Source: an uncultured delta proteobacterium (GTDB taxonomy: Bacteria; Desulfobacterota; Binatia; DP-6). From it: 64,000 nt of DNA. Positions 19,723-28,694 of the stretch are shown in pieces. Both the position numbers and the translations under genes were made by a program. Under the pieces are notes generated by a model, which was not told the origin of the DNA, did not search any database, and saw nothing but the letters and a program-made list of their open reading frames with translations. The stretch is taken from positions 352,001 through 416,000 of the forward strand of contig CAWFFN010000005.1 in the NCBI GenBank assembly GCA_963815115.1, in the 5' to 3' direction. How positions within the stretch are numbered: position 1 is the stretch's first letter; each line of letters opens with the position of its first letter.

Positions 19723-20205
19723 ATGACGGTGCGCGGAGCGTTCCTGGTGGCGGCGTTTGCGATCGGATTGCTGGGCGGCGTCGCCGAGCGCGCCTCGGCG
19801 GAGTGGGTCGTCGATGCGAGGGGCAAGTGCGTGGAGCGATGGTCACCGGGATCGCTACTGCGCGGCCCGACGGCGATGCTGATGGCACCCACGGCGCCAT
19901 TCCGCCACGCGGCGGGCGTGTTCAGCTACGAGCCGCCGAACCCGGGCGCGGGCAAGGAGGGGTTCGATCCCTGGGGGCCGGTGACGGCGGTCCTCGCCGG
20001 CACCGTCGGCGTCCTCGACAGCGGCGTGTGGCTCGGCACCGGACTGGCAGACACGGTCACCGGCGGTTACTTCGCTATCGCGCCCCATCGCGCCACGCAG
20101 CTCAGCCTGGACCCGCTGATCCCGCTCCTGATGTCGGAGGGACAACGGAACGCGATCGAGGCGAAGCGCCCGGATCCGTGCGGCCGTATCGGGGCGCCCT
20201 CCTGA
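19723..20205 (+). CDS. Hypothetical exported/membrane protein
   Basis: Signal-peptide-like N-terminus; GLADTVTGGYF motif; two Cys. Confidence 0.55.
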   Translation: MTVRGAFLVAAFAIGLLGGVAERASAEWVVDARGKCVERWSPGSLLRGPTAMLMAPTAPFRHAAGVFSYEPPNPGAGKEGFDPWGPVTAVLAGTVGVLDSGVWLGTGLADTVTGGYFAIAPHRATQLSLDPLIPLLMSEGQRNAIEAKRPDPCGRIGAPS

Positions 20206-20231
20206 CGGCGGCTGCCCGAGGAGATGAAACG

Positions 20232-21071
20232 ATGCACACGTCACAGCGCGTGACGGTCGAGGCGCAGGTGAACTACCTGACTCCGATGGCGGAGAAGCCG
20301 GTCAACTACACGTTCCGGCCGCCGCCCGGGGTGCCCTTGCGCAGCGGCCGACCGGAGCCCCATCGCATCGAGGTGCGCAATGCCCGGACGCTCGCCGCGC
20401 GGCCCTCCCTGGACGAGCAGGGCTTCGCACTGGTCACCCGCGGGACGTCGGTCGGGAACTTCCACGACGCGGCCGAGGTGTGCTCGGTCTACTATCCGGA
20501 GATCGAGGCGCTCCTGAAGGCGGCCACCGGCGCCGCCGAAGTCGTGGTCTTCGACCACACGCTGCGCTCGGCATCCGCCGAGCAGCGTGCCGCGACGGGG
20601 ATCCGGGAGCCCGTGCGGTACGTGCACAACGACTATACCGCCCTGTCCGGCCGCCAACGGGTGACCGATCTCCTCGAGCCCGCACACGCTGCCGAGCGCC
20701 TGAAGGGCCGCCACGCGGTGATCAATGTCTGGCGATCCATCCACCGGCCGGTCGAGCAAGCACCGCTGGCGGTCTGCGACGCCCAATCGATCGCGCCGGA
20801 GGACCTGGTGGCCACCGACCTCATCTATCGGGATCGCATCGGCGAGGTGTACTCCCTCACCCACAACCCGCGCCATCGCTGGTTCTACTACCCCGCGATG
20901 GCTCCGGACGAAGCCCTGCTCATCAAGACGTACGATTCGCTCGAGGACGGTCGGGCGCGCTTCACCGCGCATACGGCCTTCGACGACCCGAACACGCCGC
21001 CCGATGCGGCGCCACGTGAGAGCATCGAGGTCCGGGCGCTCGTCTTCTACCCGGCCGCCGCCCGGTCGTGA
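20232..21071 (+). CDS. CmcJ/NvfI/AsaB family oxidoreductase
   Basis: LDEQGF, YYPE, VFDHTLR, VHNDYT, INVWR, PLAVCDA, HRWFYYP, HTAF, RESIEVR. Confidence 0.88.
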   Translation: MHTSQRVTVEAQVNYLTPMAEKPVNYTFRPPPGVPLRSGRPEPHRIEVRNARTLAARPSLDEQGFALVTRGTSVGNFHDAAEVCSVYYPEIEALLKAATGAAEVVVFDHTLRSASAEQRAATGIREPVRYVHNDYTALSGRQRVTDLLEPAHAAERLKGRHAVINVWRSIHRPVEQAPLAVCDAQSIAPEDLVATDLIYRDRIGEVYSLTHNPRHRWFYYPAMAPDEALLIKTYDSLEDGRARFTAHTAFDDPNTPPDAAPRESIEVRALVFYPAAARS

Positions 21072-21237
21072 GCATCCAGCCATCGGGTGGCGGCGGTCTT
21101 CGTGGCAACCGCCGCCGGGAGTTCGATTGGCGCTCGCTGTCGACAATCAGGGCTGCGCTCCGAGACTACTGCCGGTCGATGCGGCCGGACAAGCCCAGCC
21201 TATGGTAAGAGCGGGTCCGTCCTGGAGGGGGGCAGAT

Positions 21238-21321
21238 AGCGGTTTCAACGGGCGTGTTCGGCCCAGGTGGATATAACCCCCCATCCCGGACGTTCGCTGG
21301 ATCGTCGCCCTCCGATGGGAG
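21238..21321. repeat. Degenerate direct repeat copy B
   Basis: GTTTCAACGGGCGTGTTCGGCCCAGG...ACCCCCCA and TGGATCGTCGCCCTCCGATGGGAG. Confidence 0.7.
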
Positions 21322-21333
21322 CCCTGACAGCCA

Positions 21334-21433
21334 TCCGCACGGCGTGACTACCAGCTCGCGACCCTTCCGTAGCGAGGACGCGTACGTCGCCGACACCGGC
21401 GGTGGTCGTGTCCAGAAGTTCGGGTGTCCCTAG
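21334..21433 (+). pseudogene. C-terminal fragment of an NHL-repeat protein
   Basis: Translates as HPHGVTT...DAYVADTGGGRVQKFGCP*; no start or upstream repeats. Confidence 0.55.
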
Positions 21434-21466
21434 CTCATCCGGGCCTACCGGCCGCCGCCGTCATCG

Positions 21467-22069
21467 TCACGAGATGGGGTGACCAGGGGGGTGGACATTC
21501 GGCTGACAAGAACAGGTTCCCGGGGGCAAGGATCCCTCCGGCACGCAGTGGTACCCTGGGGAGCAAGCGCCGCCGCATTGCGGGTAGAGCACCGGTCCGC
21601 AGGGTGGCAGCGTCGTCGTGGTGGTCGTCGACGTGGTGGTGGGCGTCTGGCACGTCGATCCGCCCGCGGAGGGCGCGCAGACGAGGCCAACACAGCACGA
21701 CGTCGACCCGCAGGAATCGCCGGCGGCCACGCAATCGCCGGGCTCGGCGACCACGAGCCCCATGACGATCGCGTCGACGTGCGCTTCGACCGCCGCGACG
21801 TCGCCGGTCGTGCGACATCCACCCTTCGCCTCCGCCGCCGCGAATGCCGCCGTGAACCGCTGATCGGCTTTCGCGAGACAGGTATCGTCGACGGGCACGC
21901 TCACCTTGACGGACTTGCCCCAGCACGCGAGCTTCGCGACGGCCTTCTTGCTCGCCGCGGTGAGCTTGGCGGCGGCGCATGTGTCGGCGGGGGTCGCAGC
22001 GGCAGCCACGCGGGCCAGCACGAGGATCGCGGTGAGGATCGAGCGGAGCGCTGGACGTGTCGTGCGCAT
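21467..22069 (-). CDS. Secreted Cys-rich protein with Thr-rich linker
   Basis: Signal peptide; TCAAAKL..AKGGC module; PTTTSTTTTTT linker; Cys-rich tail. Confidence 0.75.
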   Translation of the reverse strand: MRTTRPALRSILTAILVLARVAAAATPADTCAAAKLTAASKKAVAKLACWGKSVKVSVPVDDTCLAKADQRFTAAFAAAEAKGGCRTTGDVAAVEAHVDAIVMGLVVAEPGDCVAAGDSCGSTSCCVGLVCAPSAGGSTCQTPTTTSTTTTTTLPPCGPVLYPQCGGACSPGYHCVPEGSLPPGTCSCQPNVHPPGHPIS

Positions 22070-22080
22070 GGCAATCCCCG

Positions 22081-23277
22081 TCAGTTGGTGGCGCAGCCGA
22101 ATATCGACTGGCCGGTCGAGGGCCAGACGTACATGCCGACGAAGCATTGCTCGGAGTCGACGGACTCGCCGAAGAATATCGTGTGGCCCGTCGCGTTGAC
22201 GTAGGTGCAGATCGTCTGGACGGCGTCCCCGGCGTGCACCGGGAACGACGTCGGCAAGACGAGCTGATCGCCGAGTGTGTACGGTGCATCGAGGACCGTC
22301 TTCGGCACGGCGCCCGTGGTGATCACCATTTTCACATGGGTGCCCCTGGCATGGAGATGCGGCCACAGCCCCACGACCTGCGTCTCGTCCAGCCAGCTGC
22401 ACCCGCCGGACGCCGTGTGCGGCATGCCGTCACTCGGGATCGAGATGTTGAACGTCCCGGTGAGCACCAGGGCGGCATCGTCGAGCACGCTCGACGCCGG
22501 GCCGGTGCGGACGAGCACCCCCGCGATTCCGTTCGCGGGCACGGCCGCGTCGTTCGCGAGAGACACGTTCAGGTTGACGTAGTCGCCCGCATGCAGATGC
22601 ACGCCGACGCCCAGCGGGAAGGCGAAGTCGTCCGTGCCGATTCCCGACGCGAAGATCAGCCGATCGTCGAGGCTTCCCGCGTTGCAGTCGTAGTCGCCGA
22701 GCGGTGCCGAGGTGGACGACGACACGGTGACGAGCATCTCGAACACGCCCGTCGGAGACACTGGACGGAACGCCTTGATGTACACGTCCGACGGAACCCG
22801 AACCCGCCGGCACTGGAATCGCTGGGACCCCGGCAGGGTCGACCAGGAGCGCCCGACCAGCAGGCGCCAGTCGCCGTCGGGGCCGCCGGGCTCGCCGGCC
22901 ACGAGCATGGTGACGCCGTCATCGACGTCGGACGCGATGGTCGTCGCATCGCCGCTCCTGGCGCACCCGCCTTTCGCGTCGGCCTTGACGAAGGCGGTCG
23001 TGAGCTTCTCCTCCGCCTTCAGCAGGCACGCGATGTCGACCGGCCGCGCCCTCTTGACGGCGCTCGTGTAGCACTTGAGCTCGCCCGCCGTTCCTTTGCC
23101 CGCGGCATTGAGCTTGGCCGCGGCGCAGGTCCCCTGCGGCGTCGTCGCGGCGCGCGCGACGTCCGGGGACAGCGTCCAGGCGGCGAGGACGACGACGGCC
23201 GCCGTGGCGTGTCGGACCGCATCGATCGATGTCGCGCGGTCGCGGGTGACGATCCGGGATGCTCGCCTGAAGGTCAT
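22081..23277 (-). CDS. Secreted protein: Cys module plus copper type II monooxygenase-like fold (degenerate ligands)
   Basis: Same N-terminal module as the neighbouring gene; WPHLHARG, CTYVN, FGES..SEQCF. Confidence 0.7.
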   Translation of the reverse strand: MTFRRASRIVTRDRATSIDAVRHATAAVVVLAAWTLSPDVARAATTPQGTCAAAKLNAAGKGTAGELKCYTSAVKRARPVDIACLLKAEEKLTTAFVKADAKGGCARSGDATTIASDVDDGVTMLVAGEPGGPDGDWRLLVGRSWSTLPGSQRFQCRRVRVPSDVYIKAFRPVSPTGVFEMLVTVSSSTSAPLGDYDCNAGSLDDRLIFASGIGTDDFAFPLGVGVHLHAGDYVNLNVSLANDAAVPANGIAGVLVRTGPASSVLDDAALVLTGTFNISIPSDGMPHTASGGCSWLDETQVVGLWPHLHARGTHVKMVITTGAVPKTVLDAPYTLGDQLVLPTSFPVHAGDAVQTICTYVNATGHTIFFGESVDSEQCFVGMYVWPSTGQSIFGCATN

Positions 23278-23373
23278 TGGAATGCGCTCCCGACCGTGGA
23301 GGCGTGACCGCGTACGGCACGACGTGCCGTCGTCCGGCACGAATCGCGGGCCCCGCAAAAAATTTGGCGGAAC

Positions 23374-25257
23374 CTAGAGGTCCCAAAAGATGGACGGGGC
23401 GGGGCCCGGATCGTAGGCGCAGCAGTGGCCGGTCTTGATCGAAGTCGCGAGATGGCGGCCGAGGGCCTCGTCGTTGGTGCGGACCTTCGCGATCGCGGCC
23501 TTGATGGCCTTCGTCACCATCAGCCGCGCCCGCTCGGCGTGTGACGCGGCCTTTCGGTCTCGACCGCCGAGGCCGAGCGCGGCGACGATCTGTTCCCGAA
23601 GCGACTCGATCTCGGCGCGCAGGCGCGCCGCGCGCAAGGTGTCGTTCAGTCGAACGGCGTCGGCGAGCTCGTCGCGCATCTCACCGATGCGCCGGCGATA
23701 CTGCTCGCGAGCCGCGGCATCGATCGACGGTCCGGCGTCTCCGAGGTCCGCGGCGGTCGCGTCGGAGTCGACCCTCGCACGGCGGCTGCCGGGCGGCGCA
23801 GCCGCCTCGGCGAGATCGCGCGCGAGGATCGGGCGACCGGGGTGCGCCAGGAGGTGCGCGATGTAGCGAAGCCCCTTGGCGTCCTTCAACCTGATCACGT
23901 TGGCCCGCCACGACACCGTCCAGTACTCGCCTTCGCGCCGAAACGTCGCCTCGGCGTCCGCCGATCCGGCTCCGCCGCTCGCGGTCGCGCTGCGGGCGCC
24001 GTCGATCTCGACGCCACGTCGTGTCGGCGCGTGTCGGCGATAGACCTCGATCGCGCTGTCGAGCTTCTCGATCGCCGCGCGGCGCTCGGCGCCGGCTTGC
24101 AGCGTTCGGCCCCAACTCTGGAACGTCCGCGCTTCCTGCCACACCATGCCGTACCGACGAAAGGTCTCCGCCGCCTTGATGAAGAGAGCTTCGGATTCGC
24201 TCCACGATCCCCGCGCCGCGGCGACGACCGCCTCGGCCCGCGCGACGAGGCCGGCCAGCGCGGCCGCGTCGTCGCCCGCGGCCAGGATCTCGCGGCATCG
24301 CTCGAGCTCTGCGATGGCTTCGTCCGGATTTGCGCACTCGCCGTCGGGCGATTCTCCCGCCATCGGGTGCGCGAAGCCCAGCTCGTCGGCGGCCGCCGGC
24401 GCGGCGATCGGTTGGACCGCGTCCGGGCGACGGCGTTGGCCGGTCACGAACTCCTCGACCTCGTCGAGCAAGAGGTCGAGCACGTCCCGATCCATGGCCT
24501 GAAGCAGGTGATCGTCGCCGGGAAGCTCGACGTACTTGGCGCCCGGAATGGTCCGCGCCAGGTATCGTCCGGCCTCGACCGGAACGAGTGCGTCCCCCGC
24601 GCGATGCAGGACGAGCGTCGGCACGCGGATCGACGGCAGGAGATCGCGCACGTCGATCTCGTAGTTCGCCCGGACGAGCGCGAGGATCCCGTTCGGACTC
24701 GCCACCGCACGCTCGAGCCGACCGAACCACTCGACGAACGCCTTGTCTCCGAGGCGCTGCGGGGCGTTCAGGCGCACGAGGATGCCTTGCCCCCAGTACG
24801 TCTCGAGCGCCACGAGAAATCGCTGCATCAGCTCGCGGCTCACCGTCCATGGCGGGGCCTGCATGGAGGCGTACGTGCCGTACAGGATGAGACCCGACAG
24901 CCGCTCCGGATGCTTGGCCGCGAGCGTGAGACACATCTGCCCGCCTTCGGACCAGCCGTAGACGGTCGCGCGACGCGACCCCGTTGCATCCATGACCGCC
25001 AGGATGTCGCCGACACGCTCGTCGAGCGTCTGCTCGGCGACTCGATCGGACAAGCCCTGTCCGCGCTTGTCGAAGACGATCACTCGCGCGAACGAGGCGA
25101 GCCGCTTGAGCATGTAGGCGTTGATGGGAAGCTCCCAAAAGAGCTCCACGTGCGACACCGTTCCCGGTACGAGGACGACGTCGCACGGGCCGTCTCCGAA
25201 AACCCGGTACGCGATGTGGACGTCGCCACTCTTGGCGTACTTCGTGCCGGCTTCCAT
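23374..25257 (-). CDS. Alpha/beta-hydrolase fused to TPR-like and C-terminal regulator-type domains
   Basis: YAKSGDVHIAY, FDKRGQGLSDR, GWSEGG, PTLVLHR; C-terminal FRREGEYW..KGLRY..LL..P..ERAR..VTKAI. Confidence 0.8.
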   Translation of the reverse strand: MEAGTKYAKSGDVHIAYRVFGDGPCDVVLVPGTVSHVELFWELPINAYMLKRLASFARVIVFDKRGQGLSDRVAEQTLDERVGDILAVMDATGSRRATVYGWSEGGQMCLTLAAKHPERLSGLILYGTYASMQAPPWTVSRELMQRFLVALETYWGQGILVRLNAPQRLGDKAFVEWFGRLERAVASPNGILALVRANYEIDVRDLLPSIRVPTLVLHRAGDALVPVEAGRYLARTIPGAKYVELPGDDHLLQAMDRDVLDLLLDEVEEFVTGQRRRPDAVQPIAAPAAADELGFAHPMAGESPDGECANPDEAIAELERCREILAAGDDAAALAGLVARAEAVVAAARGSWSESEALFIKAAETFRRYGMVWQEARTFQSWGRTLQAGAERRAAIEKLDSAIEVYRRHAPTRRGVEIDGARSATASGGAGSADAEATFRREGEYWTVSWRANVIRLKDAKGLRYIAHLLAHPGRPILARDLAEAAAPPGSRRARVDSDATAADLGDAGPSIDAAAREQYRRRIGEMRDELADAVRLNDTLRAARLRAEIESLREQIVAALGLGGRDRKAASHAERARLMVTKAIKAAIAKVRTNDEALGRHLATSIKTGHCCAYDPGPAPSIFWDL

Positions 25258-25627
25258 TACCGACGCTCTGCCTCTCGCTGCACGCTGCCGCGTGGAGCGG
25301 TGCGCTGTCAATGGATGGCGTCGAGGCGGTCCTGGGCGATGGGCGGCCGCAAAAGCGGCGCTTCCAGAAGGCGTTCCGCCCTGGCGTGCAGAGCAGCGGT
25401 TCCATTCTCAGGACGAAGCTCCCCTCGAAGGCGAAGACCGGGACAACGCCGACTTCGGAGGGTTGCCAGCGGCGCCGGGGAGGACCGAGGTTCAGGCGTT
25501 TCGACCTCGTGCGGGAGCTTCCACTCAGAGGCGACGCTGCACGTGTACGTGGCGGCGCTGCGGTTCTCCACCGGTGACGTTGGAGCGGCGGACGTGATGT
25601 GTCAGGTTCCGGCGCCGCGGACGATCC

Positions 25628-27181
25628 TCAGGTCGCGAGTGCGGGGTCCAGGGCGTGCCGGCCCGCCGCCCACGGGCTCTCGGCCGCGCCGAGCTCTGGA
25701 TCCCACATGTCGAGCTTCTGCATGACGGACACGATGTGCTTGTACGTCACCAGGGCGGAGAACACGGCGTTCAGTCCCGACGGCTTTTCCTTCCACCGGC
25801 GCAGGACCCGGAGCGGGATGCGTCGGAACTCCGGTCCCATCGACCCGAACGCCCGCAGCAGGTGCGTGTAGAACTCGGCGCCGTCGTCCTCGCCGAGCCC
25901 GTACACGACCCGACCGGAGTCGGGCCACACCTCGCAGAGCCCCAGCACACGCTGGCCGAAATGGGCCGGGTGGTACAGGCGATTGAGCAGCCAGCGCGTG
26001 CCGTGGCGTAGCTGGTCGGCGGTCATCAGCTTGGGCACGATGTTGGTCCCGGAATAGTGGTCGAAGTCGGGACGATCGACGAGCCGACCGTCCGCCCGGA
26101 GGCGCGCCTCGAGCGGAGTCCCCGCGGGCGCGTTCAGCATCCCGGTGCTGCAGATCGGCACGTTGGCGGCCTGCAGGAACTCGAACTGCTCGCGAAACGC
26201 GTCGGTGGTGTCGTGGTCGAAGCCGACGATCATCCCCGCCTGGACGCAGACGCCCCGGGCCTGCAGCTCGTGGATGCTCTCGAGCAGGTCGCGGGCGAGG
26301 TTCTGCCGCTTCTTGGCCTCCGCGAGCGCCGCCTTGTTGGGCGACTCGATGCCGACGAACGCCACGTTCAGGCCCGCCGCGGCGCACAGGTCCACGACCT
26401 CGGGATCGCGCACGATGTCGATCGAGAGCTGGGTCGAGAAGATCACCGGCTCCGCGCGGTCCCCGTTCCAGTCGCGGAGCGCGGTGAGGATCTCCGTCGC
26501 CTTCTTGCGGTTGACGGTGAAGTTGTCGTCCGAGAGGAAGATGGAGCGATACCCGTAGCCGTACAGCGTGTCCGCCTCGGCGAGGATCTGCTCGACCGCC
26601 TTGTGGCGGATGCGGCGGCCGAGATACACGATGACGTCGCAGAACTCGCACTCGAACGGGCATCCGCGGCTCGTCTGGATGACGCCGATCGTGTAGCGGT
26701 CGTTGCGCAGGAGATCCATGCGCGGCGGGGGCGAGAGGGCGAAGTCGATCTTCTCGGGCTGGGCGTAGTGGTCGCGGTGCCGCCCGGCCCGGAAGTCGTC
26801 GAGGAACGCCGGCCAGGTGAGCTCGGCCTCGCCGGTGAAGAGGATGTCGCAGTAGGGGCGGCAGCGCTCCGGGCTCAGCGAGGCGAACGGACCGCCGATC
26901 GCGACCAGCCGCCCGCGCTCGCGGAACATCCGCGCGAGCTCGACCATGCGCCGGCTCTGGCTGACGTAGCCGGTGATCCCGACCAGGTCGCACGGCAAGT
27001 CCAGGTCCACGGCCTCGACCGTCTCGTCACAGATCACCACCTCGACGTCCTTCGGCGTCAGCGCCGCCAGCGTCGGCGGCGCGAGGTTCGGGATGTATCC
27101 CGGCTTGCCGGTGATGTCGGCCGCTTCCGAGAGGCTCCAGAAGCTCGCCTGCAGCCCGGGATTCACGAGGTAGACGCGCAC
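25628..27181 (-). CDS. Cobalamin-dependent radical SAM enzyme (HpnP/DUF4070-like; RS4)
   Basis: N-terminal B12-binding-like domain (SFWS..PNLAPPTLAALTP, VAIGGPFAS), SRGCPFECEFC, DDNF, GIES, MIVGFDHD; GTG start with GGAGG. Confidence 0.9.
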   Translation of the reverse strand: MRVYLVNPGLQASFWSLSEAADITGKPGYIPNLAPPTLAALTPKDVEVVICDETVEAVDLDLPCDLVGITGYVSQSRRMVELARMFRERGRLVAIGGPFASLSPERCRPYCDILFTGEAELTWPAFLDDFRAGRHRDHYAQPEKIDFALSPPPRMDLLRNDRYTIGVIQTSRGCPFECEFCDVIVYLGRRIRHKAVEQILAEADTLYGYGYRSIFLSDDNFTVNRKKATEILTALRDWNGDRAEPVIFSTQLSIDIVRDPEVVDLCAAAGLNVAFVGIESPNKAALAEAKKRQNLARDLLESIHELQARGVCVQAGMIVGFDHDTTDAFREQFEFLQAANVPICSTGMLNAPAGTPLEARLRADGRLVDRPDFDHYSGTNIVPKLMTADQLRHGTRWLLNRLYHPAHFGQRVLGLCEVWPDSGRVVYGLGEDDGAEFYTHLLRAFGSMGPEFRRIPLRVLRRWKEKPSGLNAVFSALVTYKHIVSVMQKLDMWDPELGAAESPWAAGRHALDPALAT

Positions 27182-27193
27182 GGTGCACCTCCG

Positions 27194-27940
27194 TTACATC
27201 GCGAGTCCGCCGTCGACGTGCACGACCGCACCCGTCACGTAGCGGGCGGCGGGGGAGAGCAGAAACGCCGCCACCGGCGCGACGTCCTCGGGCTCGCCGA
27301 AGCGCCGCATGGGAATCAGCTCGGTCGCCTGGCGCTCGTACTCCGGCTTCAGTCCGGCCGTCATGTCCGTCCGGATGAACCCGAGGGCCAGGGCGTTGAC
27401 GGTGATGTCGAGCCGCCCGACCTCCTTCGCCAGCGCCTTGGTGAAGCCGATGACGCCCGCCTTCGACGCCGAGTAGTTCGCCTGACCGGGCATGCCGACG
27501 ATGCCACTCACCGAGGTCACGTTGAGGATGCGGCCGCTCTTGGCCTTCATCATGGGCGTGATCACGGCGCGACAGAAGTTGAACACCCCGGTCAGGTTGG
27601 TGTCGAGCACGTCCTTCCAGTCGTCGGCCTTCATCATCATGAGGAGCTTGTCCTTCGTGATGCCCGCGTTGTTCACGAGGGCGTGGATCTCCCCCAGCTC
27701 GCTGCGGGCGCGCGCGATCATCTCCCGGACGCGCTCGAGATCGGCCGAATCCACCTGGGCCGCGAGCGATCGGACGCCCAGGGCGTCGAGTTCGCTCGTC
27801 AGCGTCTCGGCGAGGTCGGCGCGGCTGCGATAGGAGAACGCCACGCTGCACCCTTGCCGGGCGAGCTCCAGGGCGATGGCGCGCCCGATGCCCCGCGTCG
27901 CTCCCGTCACGACGGCGACTCTGCCCTCGAACGTGCTCAC
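27194..27940 (-). CDS. fabG: 3-oxoacyl-ACP reductase
   Basis: TGATRGIG, LVNNAGITKD, NYSASKAG, GFIRTDMT; GTG start overlaps the upstream stop. Confidence 0.92.
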   Translation of the reverse strand: MSTFEGRVAVVTGATRGIGRAIALELARQGCSVAFSYRSRADLAETLTSELDALGVRSLAAQVDSADLERVREMIARARSELGEIHALVNNAGITKDKLLMMMKADDWKDVLDTNLTGVFNFCRAVITPMMKAKSGRILNVTSVSGIVGMPGQANYSASKAGVIGFTKALAKEVGRLDITVNALALGFIRTDMTAGLKPEYERQATELIPMRRFGEPEDVAPVAAFLLSPAARYVTGAVVHVDGGLAM

Positions 27941-28692
27941 GAGCTGCCATTCCCCGAGCGCTCCGCGATCTGCTCGCCGACGAGCGCCGCGAAGGCTTCC
28001 GTCTCGCGGCGGAGGCCGTCGGCGCCGCCATCGGTCAGGAAGCATTCCTTGAGCGCTCTCACCGCCGCCGCGGGCTTCGCGGAGAGGTCGCGGGCCATCT
28101 CCCCGGCGGTCGCCAGCACGCGGTCTCGCGGCACGAGCCGGTCGACGAGCCCCCAGGCCAGCGCCGTCTCGGCCCGGATCATCCGTCCGAGGTACAGCAT
28201 CTCCTTGGCCCGTCCGACGCCGATGAAGCGGGCGAGGCGCTGGGTCGCCCCGAGGCCCGGAATGATGCCGTGCTTCAGCTCGGGCATGCTGAAGTACGCC
28301 ACCTCCGAGGCGACCCGGAGGTCGCACACCAGCGCGAGCTCGAGGCCCCCGCCGATGGCGACGCCGTTGATGGCGGCGATCAGCGGCTTCGGATAGGCCT
28401 CGATGCGCGAGTAGATGCGCTGGAACCTTTCGAACAGCGTCATGCGCTCCTCGTGTCCGAGGCCCGCCATCTCCTCGCCGAAGAGCTGCTGCAGATCGCC
28501 GCCGGTGCAGAACGCGTTGCGGATCCCGCCGGTGAGGATGACCGCAGCGACGGCAGGGTCGTCCTTCCAGGCCTCCAGCGCCGTGACGATCTCGTCCAGC
28601 ACCTGGCCGTTGATGGCATTGATCGGCGGTCGCATCAGGGTGACGGTGCCCACCCCGTCCTCGTGCGCGACCGACAGGTGATGAAATCCCAT
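27937..28692 (-). CDS. Enoyl-CoA hydratase (crotonase)
   Basis: FCTGGDL, AIGGGLE, PELKHGIIPGLGATQRL; both catalytic Glu present. Confidence 0.9.
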   Translation of the reverse strand: MGFHHLSVAHEDGVGTVTLMRPPINAINGQVLDEIVTALEAWKDDPAVAAVILTGGIRNAFCTGGDLQQLFGEEMAGLGHEERMTLFERFQRIYSRIEAYPKPLIAAINGVAIGGGLELALVCDLRVASEVAYFSMPELKHGIIPGLGATQRLARFIGVGRAKEMLYLGRMIRAETALAWGLVDRLVPRDRVLATAGEMARDLSAKPAAAVRALKECFLTDGGADGLRRETEAFAALVGEQIAERSGNGSS

Positions 28693-28694
28693 GC

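Noticed and set aside
25258-25627. Short ORFs or possible oxygenase remnant between RS4 and the hydrolase
   Set aside because: No convincing motif or RBS on either strand; cannot be supported by eye.
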